From the NCBI GenBank assembly GCA_043803945.1, contig JAZDJN010000039.1, positions 1 through 26,620 of the forward strand: DNA of 26,620 nucleotides, given 5' to 3'. How positions within the stretch are numbered: the first letter of the stretch is position 1; each line of letters starts with the position of its first letter. Both the position numbers and the translations under genes were made by a program. Under the pieces are notes generated by a model. The model was not told where the DNA came from. It saw nothing but the letters and a program-made list of their open reading frames with translations, and searched no databases. The stretch is from a bacterium. Lineage in GTDB: Bacteria > Bacteroidota > Ignavibacteria > UBA10030. This document shows, one piece after another, positions 9,191 to 17,807 of the stretch.

Positions 9191-9547
9191 TATGGCATTC
9201 ATTTCTAGATCTGCAAGTCCTGTCGTGCGGAATAATTAAAAAGCACTTTCAGAAAAAAGCACACGGCTCCATTCTGGACAGGTTGGGTAAACATTATGGT
9301 CCTTGTAAGGGAATTCTATTGGACCTCGACATCGGAATTGATAGCCTATCTTGTTTGGGCTGTTCAAGATGAATTTCGTTATTGATCTGAGATGAGATAA
9401 TTCGCGCTTGGTTCAAATTCCCGTGGAATGCTCAATGGAGATCCCACTTGCATGTTCAGTTCTTTTCAACTATAGCAGCGGAATGTCTCACCGGAGAGAC
9501 AATTGGCAGATGAAGGAGCGTTGACCTACTAAAACATTGAGGGTAAA

Positions 9548-10693
9548 TTATAAGTTTTCAAGAGGTGGCTGCTCTGGACTCACCTCTCCATTCCGAAACT
9601 TCTTTACACTGATGTTTGATACCATCGATCTCAGGTGTTCCGGCAATGCCTTCGCATATACCATGGTAGTCTCTATGTCTTTATGACCAAGGGCATCTTT
9701 TATGTCCATCAATTCTGCGCCAGCTTTCCGATGTATAAATGCATTCGTATGACGCAGACAATGAAGGTGAACATTTTCCGGCAAACCTGCTTTCTTCGCA
9801 TACCGCTTGAATCCCTTAGTCGCCCTGTCCTTCGACATATCGAATATCTTTTCTCCTACTTTCTTAGGCTTGTATGTAGCACGAATTTCATCCAGCAACT
9901 CTTTCAACTCTGCGGATACAGGAAATCCTCTTCCAATCTTTGTCTTCGTTCGATCAATCAATAGAAATCCAACATCTTGCCTATAATCACTCCACGTCAA
10001 TTCTAATGCTTCAGACTTTCTGCAACCAGTTAATAAAAGAAACGATATATAGAACTCTAACAGTTTTGATCTGACTTTTTTCTTGTCAGCTCTAATGGCC
10101 TTGAATAAAGCAATCAGATCTTGGTCGTCCAATGATCGTGGTGTTAACTTGTCAACTGGCAACTGTTTCATCCCGGCAAATACATTTTTATCAAGATATT
10201 TTGGATCTCTACGCAGTGCCCAATTAAATGCAGTGCGTAAACTCCTCATTCTCATATTCACTGTTGCCGGAGATAATCGCTTTTTAATCCCATGACTGTC
10301 ACGTAATTCAGCTTGACGGTTAACCAGATACGCTCTATGACGTGTTGCCATGTTCTCATCAATGGTCCGCAAGGCGATATTCCCGCCAACCCGATCTCTG
10401 AATTCATTCAATGCTTTTATGTCAATCAGCACCGATCCATGACACTTCGTTATCTTGGCATGTGTTTCTAAATACTCTTCTATGAAATCATTAAATGAAA
10501 TATTTGTCTCTTCGATATCTTCGAGATGAAATTTCCCGCGTGCAATGTTGCCGCGAATGTCATCTAATATCTGATTTGCTAATTGCTTTTTGTTTGTTCC
10601 AGTCGAACGAACGAATCGTCTACCACGAAATCTAAAATCGACGTAATAGACATATTCTCCCGTACCCATAAATCGTTTACGAAGGCATGACAT
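9548..10693 (-). CDS. Tyrosine recombinase / phage-type integrase
   Basis: Full catalytic set: LLTGCRKSE (R), KTK (K), HCLRHT (HxxR), LGH (H), TTMVY (Y). The N-terminus YYVDFRFRGRRFVRSTGT looks like an arm-binding beta-sheet, followed by a core-binding region (LSPATVN). ATG at 10693 has GGGAG upstream (381 aa) and is preferred over the TTG at 10735. Confidence 0.95.
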   Translation of the reverse strand: MSCLRKRFMGTGEYVYYVDFRFRGRRFVRSTGTNKKQLANQILDDIRGNIARGKFHLEDIEETNISFNDFIEEYLETHAKITKCHGSVLIDIKALNEFRDRVGGNIALRTIDENMATRHRAYLVNRQAELRDSHGIKKRLSPATVNMRMRSLRTAFNWALRRDPKYLDKNVFAGMKQLPVDKLTPRSLDDQDLIALFKAIRADKKKVRSKLLEFYISFLLLTGCRKSEALELTWSDYRQDVGFLLIDRTKTKIGRGFPVSAELKELLDEIRATYKPKKVGEKIFDMSKDRATKGFKRYAKKAGLPENVHLHCLRHTNAFIHRKAGAELMDIKDALGHKDIETTMVYAKALPEHLRSMVSNISVKKFRNGEVSPEQPPLENL

Positions 10694-10823
10694 AAAGTTC
10701 TCCCTCTGATAGTTACAATGCGGTAACTTCAACAAAAAATTGGTGAATTAGTTTTTACCAGAAGCTCAAGAACCCAATGTTTATCGGTGTCTTACGAATG
10801 GCTTGAATATTATTTTTGAAGAA

Positions 10824-10862
10824 TCCGGAGGCTGTCGCTCTATCCAACTGAGCTACGGGCGC
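10824..10862 (-). tRNA. tRNA-Arg(CCG), 5' half only (interrupted after anticodon-loop position 38)
   Basis: Minus strand reads GCGCCCG TA GCTC AGTTGGATA GAGC G ACAGC CT-CCG-GA: acceptor 5' strand, perfect D-arm, anticodon stem 5' strand and 7-nt loop. The next bases are TTCTTCAAAAAT instead of the GCTGT needed to close the stem. Confidence 0.92.
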
Positions 10863-10875
10863 AATAATTTTAATG

Positions 10876-10904
10876 AATATATCTACTTTTTTGCAGAGTT
10901 TCAA
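10876..10904 (-). promoter_or_regulatory. Sigma70-type promoter of the tRNA-Arg gene
   Basis: TTGAAA (10904-10899), 17 bp spacer, TATATT (10881-10876), ending 13 nt before tRNA position 1. Confidence 0.75.
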
Positions 10905-10976
10905 TCCTGGGAAACAACGAAAGGAAATTCTGAATTGAATTTTTTAATCCTACGACAGCCGAATGAGCTGCTTCTA

Positions 10977-11723
10977 TTACCTGTTCGCCTGATCCTCCTC
11001 TGGAATGGGGGCGAGCGAAATCTCGTCGAGCTTTTTTGTTATGATGTTCGAAAGATTTCTGATAGAATTCACACCTGAACCAATAACTTCAATATCATAT
11101 TTCAATTGTCCAAAGACCTCTCCCAGGAGCTCCTTTCCCTCCTGACTGATGGCACTCTGAATCTTCTCTTCATAGGATTTCAAATTCCGGGACACATCGG
11201 AAATACTTTTATCAACGAGCAACCCCACCGAGCTCACTGTTTCGAACAATTCCTCCAACGCATCGATCTCTTTTTGTTTTTCTTTTAGCAATTGCTCCCG
11301 TGCTTCCTGTTTAATCGATTTCTTTCTGAGAAGAAAACGTTCATAGGAACTATGAATGACAAAAGCGAGCCTATCGATATCAAGCTGATCCTTGCGTATA
11401 TAATCATAGACGCCAAGCTTCAATGCTTCCATTGCAACCGCTTCCGAGCCAGCCCCGGTAATCATGATGACCGGTGTCTGGATGAGTTGTTCCTGCAGCC
11501 ATCGAAGGACTTCGATTCCCGACATATCCGGCATCATGTAATCAAGAAGAATAACATCGAATTGTTCCTTCTTCAATTCCGCGATGGCACTTTCTCCACA
11601 GTCGACCGAGTGTGTAATGAATTCTTTCGTAATCTTCAGTGCCATCTCAATGCTTAACCGGAAGGCGTCTTCATCATCGACAATGAGAACGTTCAGCAAA
11701 CGACGTTTTGCTAACGGTACCAT
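10977..11723 (-). CDS. Response regulator (REC domain plus helical C-terminal region)
   Basis: VLIVDDE acidic pocket, LLDYMMP phospho-Asp, MITG Thr and DYIRK Lys. The ~110 aa helical tail has no recognisable DNA-binding domain. Confidence 0.88.
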   Translation of the reverse strand: MVPLAKRRLLNVLIVDDEDAFRLSIEMALKITKEFITHSVDCGESAIAELKKEQFDVILLDYMMPDMSGIEVLRWLQEQLIQTPVIMITGAGSEAVAMEALKLGVYDYIRKDQLDIDRLAFVIHSSYERFLLRKKSIKQEAREQLLKEKQKEIDALEELFETVSSVGLLVDKSISDVSRNLKSYEEKIQSAISQEGKELLGEVFGQLKYDIEVIGSGVNSIRNLSNIITKKLDEISLAPIPEEDQANR

Positions 11724-11804
11724 ATTCTTTCATCCCCTTTCAAAATCAAATCTCTTCCTTCTGTTGATTAAGATAGCATTTGTTCTTCTGATTCTCAAAC
11801 ACTC

Positions 11805-12875
11805 TTATGAGGTTTTCAATCTCGCCATAGCAGATTGCTGGAGGACTTTTCGTGCAACTGCAAACACCTCCTCATACGAAATCTGTACCATACAATCGAA
11901 TGTCTTTATCGGACATTTATCTCCTCCATGGAGCGAACAAGGCCGACAACCGAGATTTTGCACCTGGACTACACTATCAAACGGACCTGCTGGGCTAAAG
12001 CCGAATTGGGGAACAGTAGCTCCAAAAATGGTCACAACCGGCGTCCCCATAGCCACCGCAATATGAGTTGGGGCACTATCATTGGACACCAGGAGTTTGC
12101 AGCGCCGAATCAACTCAGCAGATTGCAGCAAGGATAATTTTCCCGCGGTAGTATAGACTTTCGATGAGCCACTAAGAGCATGGATGGCTAGACATAATTC
12201 TATATCCTCATTACCCCCTATCAGAACAATTTCGAATCCAGCATCATCGAAATTGACGGCAAGCGATGCGAATCGCTCCTTCAGCCAACGTTTTGTATTC
12301 CATACTGAGCCTGGTGCAAGAGCAATCATCTTTTTCGTATTTCCAATTTCAAGCTCAAATAGCAGTTTATCTACTTTCCTCGCATCCTCATTTGTGGGAT
12401 ACACTCTTGGGAGCACTTTCTCAGAGGCAGAGATCCCAAGCGGTTTCACCAAGGTGAGATTTCTCTCAATTTCATGAAGAATCCATCGGTGTGGCACAGT
12501 CTCCGTCATAAGGAGACGTCCGGCGCTTCGATCAAATCCAATGCGGATAGGAATACGTGCAAGCCAAGCGAGAAGAGCGCTTCGTATTGATCGATGAGGA
12601 ATAATTGCGGCATCATAGTTTTTTCGCCGCAGCGTTGCTGCTAAGCGAAACAGGTTTGTTACCCCTTTTTCTCTTCCACGCTTGTCATAGATAATAACTG
12701 ATTGAATATCTGGATGGTTATTGCAAATTGTCGCGGCTCCCGGGATGACAACAATATCAATTTGGACATTCGGTCGCTGTTGTTTCAATCTCTGGATGAG
12801 TGGTAATGTCAAAACTACATCGCCAAGAAATGCCGTTTGAATAATGATAACATGTTGAATATCGCTTTTGATCAT
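11805..12875 (-). CDS. waaF: LPS heptosyltransferase II-like glycosyltransferase (GT9)
   Basis: Motifs QTAFLGDVVLTLP, RIGFD, HEIERNL, APGSVWNTKRW, VSNDSAPTHIAVAMGTPVVTIFG and CRPC...CP...CM. The exact GT9 paralog is uncertain. Confidence 0.85.
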   Translation of the reverse strand: MIKSDIQHVIIIQTAFLGDVVLTLPLIQRLKQQRPNVQIDIVVIPGAATICNNHPDIQSVIIYDKRGREKGVTNLFRLAATLRRKNYDAAIIPHRSIRSALLAWLARIPIRIGFDRSAGRLLMTETVPHRWILHEIERNLTLVKPLGISASEKVLPRVYPTNEDARKVDKLLFELEIGNTKKMIALAPGSVWNTKRWLKERFASLAVNFDDAGFEIVLIGGNEDIELCLAIHALSGSSKVYTTAGKLSLLQSAELIRRCKLLVSNDSAPTHIAVAMGTPVVTIFGATVPQFGFSPAGPFDSVVQVQNLGCRPCSLHGGDKCPIKTFDCMVQISYEEVFAVARKVLQQSAMARLKTS

Positions 12876-13774
12876 GCAATCGTTCCGGGCTGTGCGTCAA
12901 CATGTTTCCACCTCTTGTGCATCCACATCCAATGATCCGGTTGTCGCCGGATATAGAATTCTGTCAATGCAACATGCCGCTTCGTCAATTCAACGACATT
13001 TTCTTCAGAATATTCTCTCAGATCGTCAATTGGCACTTCTTCGGATAATACCTTATACGTTCCGTCTGATTGCCTGTAAATAAACACGGCAACCAGCGGT
13101 GCTCTGGTTTTCAGGCAAAAAATGGCGGGACCTAGATGAGTCGGAACAGCACGCCCAAAAAACATGACAGGAATATTTTCTTTCGGTGCAGCCTGATCGG
13201 CAACGATGCCAACCACACCCCCGCTCCTCAGAGTCCGAAGAACTTCCCGCACCGATTCCTCCATGCTTACGACGCTATTGCCAAAGCGAGTCCGCAGTTC
13301 ATTAACTTTTCTATCGATTAAGCGATTTGATTGTACCTTGACGATACCTTTTAACGTCAACTGAAGATTCACGTTCAGAGCCTGGGCAAGAATCTCCCAG
13401 CTGCCAAAATGGGCTGTAAGAATTAGCAGCCCTTGCCCCCTTTGATGCGCTTCAGTAAGGACTTCTGGATTCTCAAAGTGCACCATTGACCGGATATCAT
13501 CCTCAGTCAACTTATTCAGTGCAAGGAGTTCAAAAAATGCAATCCCAATGTTCCTGAATGCCCCGCGGGCTAGTTGTTGAACTTCAATCTTATTCTTTTC
13601 TGGGAATGCTTTTCTGATATTGGTGAGTGTGACTTCTCTTCTATATCCAAGAAGAGAAAAGACCATGACTCCTGCAGCACTGCCTAGTTTCTGTATAGAA
13701 GAAAATGGAAGTATCTGAATACAAAAGGAACAACACTGGAAGAAAAGATATTCGAAGAGATGGCTTAGTTTCAT
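12872..13774 (-). CDS. lpxL: Lipid A late acyltransferase (LpxL/HtrB family)
   Basis: Motifs TAHFGSWE (HxxxxE), ADQ, FFG and PDHWMWMHKRWK. Confidence 0.88.
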   Translation of the reverse strand: MKLSHLFEYLFFQCCSFCIQILPFSSIQKLGSAAGVMVFSLLGYRREVTLTNIRKAFPEKNKIEVQQLARGAFRNIGIAFFELLALNKLTEDDIRSMVHFENPEVLTEAHQRGQGLLILTAHFGSWEILAQALNVNLQLTLKGIVKVQSNRLIDRKVNELRTRFGNSVVSMEESVREVLRTLRSGGVVGIVADQAAPKENIPVMFFGRAVPTHLGPAIFCLKTRAPLVAVFIYRQSDGTYKVLSEEVPIDDLREYSEENVVELTKRHVALTEFYIRRQPDHWMWMHKRWKHVDAQPGTIA

Positions 13775-13794
13775 AGTCTTACAGGGAGCAGAAT

Positions 13795-14208
13795 CTACTC
13801 GCCCATGACCTTCACGATAACCCGCTTTCTTCTCTGACCGTCAAACTCTGCATAATAGATCTGCTGCCACGGTCCAAAGTCGAGCCTCCCGTTTGTAATC
13901 GGAATAATCACCTCGTGATGCAACAACAGGCTTTTAAGGTGAGCATCTCCGTTTGTCTCGCCAGTCCGATGATGACGATACTGCATCTTAAATGGTGCAA
14001 GCTCTTCCAACCATTCGTCGATGTCTTCTATCAGCCCTTCCTCCGCATCATTCACATAGACAGCAGCGGTGATATGCATCGCCGAGACGAGTACCATTCC
14101 TTCCTTCACACCACTCTTTGAAAGGATACGTTCAACTTCCGGTGTAATATTGATGTATTCACGATGCTTTTTTGTTGAAAACCAGAGATATTCTGTTTGA
14201 GACTTCAT
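13795..14208 (-). CDS. yjbQ: YjbQ / UPF0047 family protein (secondary thiamine-phosphate synthase-like)
   Basis: Motifs [25 protein letters not shown] and [18 protein letters not shown]. Confidence 0.92.
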   Translation of the reverse strand: MKSQTEYLWFSTKKHREYINITPEVERILSKSGVKEGMVLVSAMHITAAVYVNDAEEGLIEDIDEWLEELAPFKMQYRHHRTGETNGDAHLKSLLLHHEVIIPITNGRLDFGPWQQIYYAEFDGQRRKRVIVKVMGE

Positions 14209-16040
14209 TGCTTCACCATTGTTTGTGCAGGAAGGTATACACGATACTCGAACGGTTTCAGAACCAAAGTCAGCTTCCGATCCAGCACCTGTGCAGAAGT
14301 GCCTGTGAAGTAGTCAACGAGAGTATTGCCAAAGGAGTCGGGAAGCGCCAATACTGCTGTCTTCTGATAGGGAGACAAGTTAATAACGGTCAAAATCTGA
14401 TCCTGATCAGCTTTTCTGAGGAAGGAATATACTTTTTCATTATCGGAGTTCAGAATCGAGTGATACTCCCCTCTTCTCAATGCACAATGCTGAGAACGCA
14501 ACGCCCCAAGCTTTTGGTATAATGTTCGAAATTCAGGATTTTTATTCCAGTCTATTGGGATTTTCTCAAAGAGATCTAATTTTTTTGCATTCCCTACCTC
14601 TTCGCCGTTGTAGATGAGGGGGACACCTGGATAGGTAAATATAAAAACAGCGGTGGCTTTTGCTCCTTCTGCAGTAAATTTCTTAACCGCCGGTGCATCC
14701 CAGGCGTTTTTATCATGGTTCGTATTGAACCGTAAACGGAGAGACCCTTTGGGGAATTGATTCGACTCATTCTGCAGAATCTGATCGAACACATTCACCA
14801 TCGTAGACCCATAGATAACTTTTGGAAATACATCATACAGCCCGAAGGTGTAGGTCAAATCGAATGCGTCAAGGTGATGTTCAGGATAGCTGCCCTCAGA
14901 GAGCATCATGACAGGCTTAATCTTGTCGAGCTGTTTCCTGGCAATGTTCCAGAAGTCCGTGGGTACCATTTCAGCAACATCACACCGATATCCATCAATC
15001 CCAATTTCACGCACCCAGTACTCCATCATACGAATCATGTATTTCCGCAATTCATGATAATCATAGTTCAAATCGGCAACATCAGTCCAGTCTGTGTTCG
15101 GTGCGACGATGGCACCTTCTGCATTTGTCGTGAACCATTCGGAATTCTCCAGGATAAGTTTGCTGTCCCACGATGTATGATTCGCCACAAGATCGATAAT
15201 AATTTTCATTCCCTGAGAGTGAACGGCGGATACCAGCGCCCTGAAATCATCGAGGGTTCCGAACTCAGGATTGATACCGTAATAATCTTCAATAGAGTAT
15301 GGGCTTCCCAGACTCCCCTTACGGTTGATTTCTCCGACCGGATGGATCGGCATAAGCCAGATGACCGTAGCACCAAGCGCTTTGATTTCCGAAAGCTTTC
15401 TTTCGAGCGCTTTGAATGTTCCTTCCGGTGAAAATGAGCGCAGATACACTTCATAAATTATGCCATCACGCACCCAATCTTCACTTGGACGGGCCGGTGA
15501 GTCAGCGAATTTCGATTTGAGAAGCGTCGGTAGTTCAGTTCGTGGAACGATCATCACGGGCTTGTAGATTCCTCCCGCACCGGCGTAATCGTTCACCCTG
15601 ACAACCACAGTGTTCTTTCCAGCAGCGAGACTCCCCGGGAGAAGATCGAAGTAGAATGATTCGCTGTACCCTGCATGCGATCCAATTTTCTTTCCATTGA
15701 TCCAGACATCTGCATCATCATCCACACCGCCAAAGAAGAGAACCTGATCCTTAGAAATATCTTCAATGTCAATAGTGCGTGCATACCATGCCACACCATC
15801 GTACGATGCCAGATTAAAACGGTCCCAGTATGCAGGCACTTCTATTTTTTGCCAGGAAGTTCGATCAAGCACCTGACTGAACCACTGCTCACGTATTCCG
15901 ACATCGGCAGTATCAAGAGCAAAAGACCATAAACCATCCATCTGAGTTCTTCCGTCATTCTTCCCACATCCGATAATCATAACGATTGATATGATGATTG
16001 ATAAAATAATAATTCGATTGCCATGCATAGGGGATTTCAA
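14205..16040 (-). CDS. Lipoprotein GH13 alpha-amylase-family hydrolase with an N-terminal GH2-type sugar-binding domain
   Basis: Lipobox-like IIGC; GH2_N-like YDGVAWY...FGGVDD...GGIYKPV; GH13 regions [19 protein letters not shown] and NTNHD. The start may be the ATG at 16028. Confidence 0.88.
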   Translation of the reverse strand: MKSPMHGNRIIILSIIISIVMIIGCGKNDGRTQMDGLWSFALDTADVGIREQWFSQVLDRTSWQKIEVPAYWDRFNLASYDGVAWYARTIDIEDISKDQVLFFGGVDDDADVWINGKKIGSHAGYSESFYFDLLPGSLAAGKNTVVVRVNDYAGAGGIYKPVMIVPRTELPTLLKSKFADSPARPSEDWVRDGIIYEVYLRSFSPEGTFKALERKLSEIKALGATVIWLMPIHPVGEINRKGSLGSPYSIEDYYGINPEFGTLDDFRALVSAVHSQGMKIIIDLVANHTSWDSKLILENSEWFTTNAEGAIVAPNTDWTDVADLNYDYHELRKYMIRMMEYWVREIGIDGYRCDVAEMVPTDFWNIARKQLDKIKPVMMLSEGSYPEHHLDAFDLTYTFGLYDVFPKVIYGSTMVNVFDQILQNESNQFPKGSLRLRFNTNHDKNAWDAPAVKKFTAEGAKATAVFIFTYPGVPLIYNGEEVGNAKKLDLFEKIPIDWNKNPEFRTLYQKLGALRSQHCALRRGEYHSILNSDNEKVYSFLRKADQDQILTVINLSPYQKTAVLALPDSFGNTLVDYFTGTSAQVLDRKLTLVLKPFEYRVYLPAQTMVKQ

Positions 16041-16073
16041 CTGCTGAGGTGAATGAATGATTTTGTATCCATG

Positions 16074-16919
16074 CTACCCTTTCACACTGCCTAGGGTCAG
16101 TCCTGAAACCAACCATCGACTGAGGGCGAGAAAAACAATAACAACGGGAATCATAACGAGAAGCGATGCTGCTCCATACAGGCCCCACTCGGTACTCATA
16201 CTCGCCTCGAATGATTTCAATCCGATGGGCAATGTCCACAACTCGGTATCCTGTAAAATCTGAGCAGCGACCAGATATTCAGACCAGGCCGTCATAAACG
16301 AAAAGAGAGCGGTAATCACCAGCGCCGGCGCTGCCAGTGGAAGGATAATTGTATGGAACGCTCTGAAATATGAGCATCCATCAATCCGTGCCGCCTCCTC
16401 GAGGCTGAAAGGAATGGTATCATAATACCCTTTCATTGTCCAGATACAAAATGGAAGGGCCGTTGCCGAGTATACAATGACTACACCCAAATACGTGTTG
16501 ATGAGCCCAAGCTTAATAAGCATGATGTACATCGGAAGCAGGAGCATCGTACCCGGAAACATTTGAGTTGTCAGAAGACTCAGGAGTCCAATTTTCTTCC
16601 CGATAAATTTGAATCGCGATAATCCATACCCTGCTAATGCTGCAAACACTACTCCGCTCATTGTTACTGCGAGGGTAATGAAGAGACTGTTCATCATCCA
16701 TCCTATGAAGTTTCTCTCAGTAAAGAGCTTCACATAGTTATCAAAGGTTGCATTTGACGGAATAAGTTGAAGCGATGTAGAGAGCAATTGATTCCCCGGC
16801 CGTAAAGAGATATTGATAACCTGCCAGATTGGAAAAAGCGAGAAGAGCGCAAAGAGTATCAACACACCGTGTGTAAGCGTATTGAGGAGGAGATGCTTTT
16901 TTGTCTTCGTCGCAGCCAT
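16074..16919 (-). CDS. malG: Carbohydrate ABC transporter permease (MalG-like)
   Basis: EAA motif SLEEAARIDGC, about 6 hydrophobic segments and C-terminal GLTLGSVKG. Confidence 0.9.
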   Translation of the reverse strand: MAATKTKKHLLLNTLTHGVLILFALFSLFPIWQVINISLRPGNQLLSTSLQLIPSNATFDNYVKLFTERNFIGWMMNSLFITLAVTMSGVVFAALAGYGLSRFKFIGKKIGLLSLLTTQMFPGTMLLLPMYIMLIKLGLINTYLGVVIVYSATALPFCIWTMKGYYDTIPFSLEEAARIDGCSYFRAFHTIILPLAAPALVITALFSFMTAWSEYLVAAQILQDTELWTLPIGLKSFEASMSTEWGLYGAASLLVMIPVVIVFLALSRWLVSGLTLGSVKG

Positions 16920-17807
16920 TTAGTATGCCGCCTCCGTTGCGTTGGATTGTTTCATGAACACCATACTGAATGTGAAGAGAAGTAAAAAGATGACAAGAGA
17001 GAGTGCTGCTGCATAGCTGAAGCTGTAAAAATTAAACGCCGCTTTATAAACGAAGGAGACAAGAATATGTGTATTATCTGCGGGCTCTCCGGCATTACTC
17101 ACCAGCCAGATAATATTGAGGTTATTAAATGTCCAGATTGTACCGAGCGTTATGGCAGGAATCATTACCGGTCGAATAAGAGGTATCGTTATCGCACGGA
17201 ATTTTTGCCACCACGTCGCGCCATCTATATCGGCTGCCTCATACAACTCATGAGGGATGCTTTGGAGCGCACCGAGAGCAACGATCATCATGAAGGGGAA
17301 ACCCAGCCACACGTTGGTGAGAATACAGGCAATAAACGCCTCCGTAGGACTACGCAGCCATTCCACTGCAGGGAGATGAAGATAGTTTGTAAGTATTAAA
17401 TTGATCGTACCATATTCATAGTTGAACATGCCTCGCCATGTCAGGGCGACGATGTATTGTGGAATTGCCCAGGGCAGAATCAAGAGTGTTCGATAGACAG
17501 CGGTTCCCCGCACTTTTCGATTCAAGAGGAGCGCAAGAAATACTCCCAGAACAACGTGGAAGAAGACGTTAACAAATGTCCAAATCAATGTCTTCCCGAA
17601 AATATTGTAAAAATCCGGCTGCGTCGGTTCTGTAAATATCTTGATAAATTGCCGGAGTCCGACGAACTGCCAGTTCTGAATCTTATTCAGATTCATATTA
17701 CCAAACGCCAACAGGATGTTATACACAAAGGGATAGAAGACAACAGCGGCCAGCAGTACGAATGATGGAATGATGAGGAAGCCAATAAATAGTTTTCTCC
17801 TGTTCAT
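16920..17807 (-). CDS. malF: Carbohydrate ABC transporter permease (MalF-like)
   Basis: Motifs LILPWAIP, NVWLGFPFMM, EAA motif ELYEAADIDGA and THILVSFVYK. Confidence 0.9.
   Translation of the reverse strand: MNRRKLFIGFLIIPSFVLLAAVVFYPFVYNILLAFGNMNLNKIQNWQFVGLRQFIKIFTEPTQPDFYNIFGKTLIWTFVNVFFHVVLGVFLALLLNRKVRGTAVYRTLLILPWAIPQYIVALTWRGMFNYEYGTINLILTNYLHLPAVEWLRSPTEAFIACILTNVWLGFPFMMIVALGALQSIPHELYEAADIDGATWWQKFRAITIPLIRPVMIPAITLGTIWTFNNLNIIWLVSNAGEPADNTHILVSFVYKAAFNFYSFSYAAALSLVIFLLLFTFSMVFMKQSNATEAAY

Larger units (their letters stand above)
1..10830 (-). mobile_element. Integrative element / genomic island inserted in tRNA-Arg(CCG); left boundary not identified
   Basis: An intact integrase lies about 130 bp from a tRNA broken at its anticodon loop. 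Accessory-type genes, long intergenic gaps and tRNA fragments lie to the left, and tightly packed housekeeping genes to the right. The leftward extent is inferred only. Confidence 0.55.

Noticed and set aside
9003-9262. Inverted repeat CAGAATTAC/GTAATTCTG (9003-9037) and direct repeat AAAAAGCAC (9238-9246, 9254-9262) as integrase arm sites
   Set aside because: Both are short, and I found no matching copies beside the tRNA junction, so no function can be supported.
9404-9426. GGTTCAAATTCCC T-loop-like string on the plus strand
   Set aside because: There is no proper 5-bp T-stem or other tRNA arm.
9548-10693. Integron integrase with cassette array, or chromosomal XerC/D
   Set aside because: No IntI-specific insertion is evident, and I found no repeated attC-like sites. 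The N-terminal arm-binding-like domain and tRNA location fit a phage/island integrase.
9548-10823. Group I intron in the tRNA anticodon loop
   Set aside because: The inserted sequence is AT-rich and leads straight to a tyrosine integrase. I see no intron core and no 3' exon.
9161-10862. Idea that the tRNA 5' half (10862-10824) and the 3' fragment (9190-9161) are two halves of one tRNA flanking the integrase
   Set aside because: They cannot pair: acceptor GCGCCCG does not match CCCCGCT, and anticodon stem ACAGC does not match CCATA. They derive from different tRNAs.
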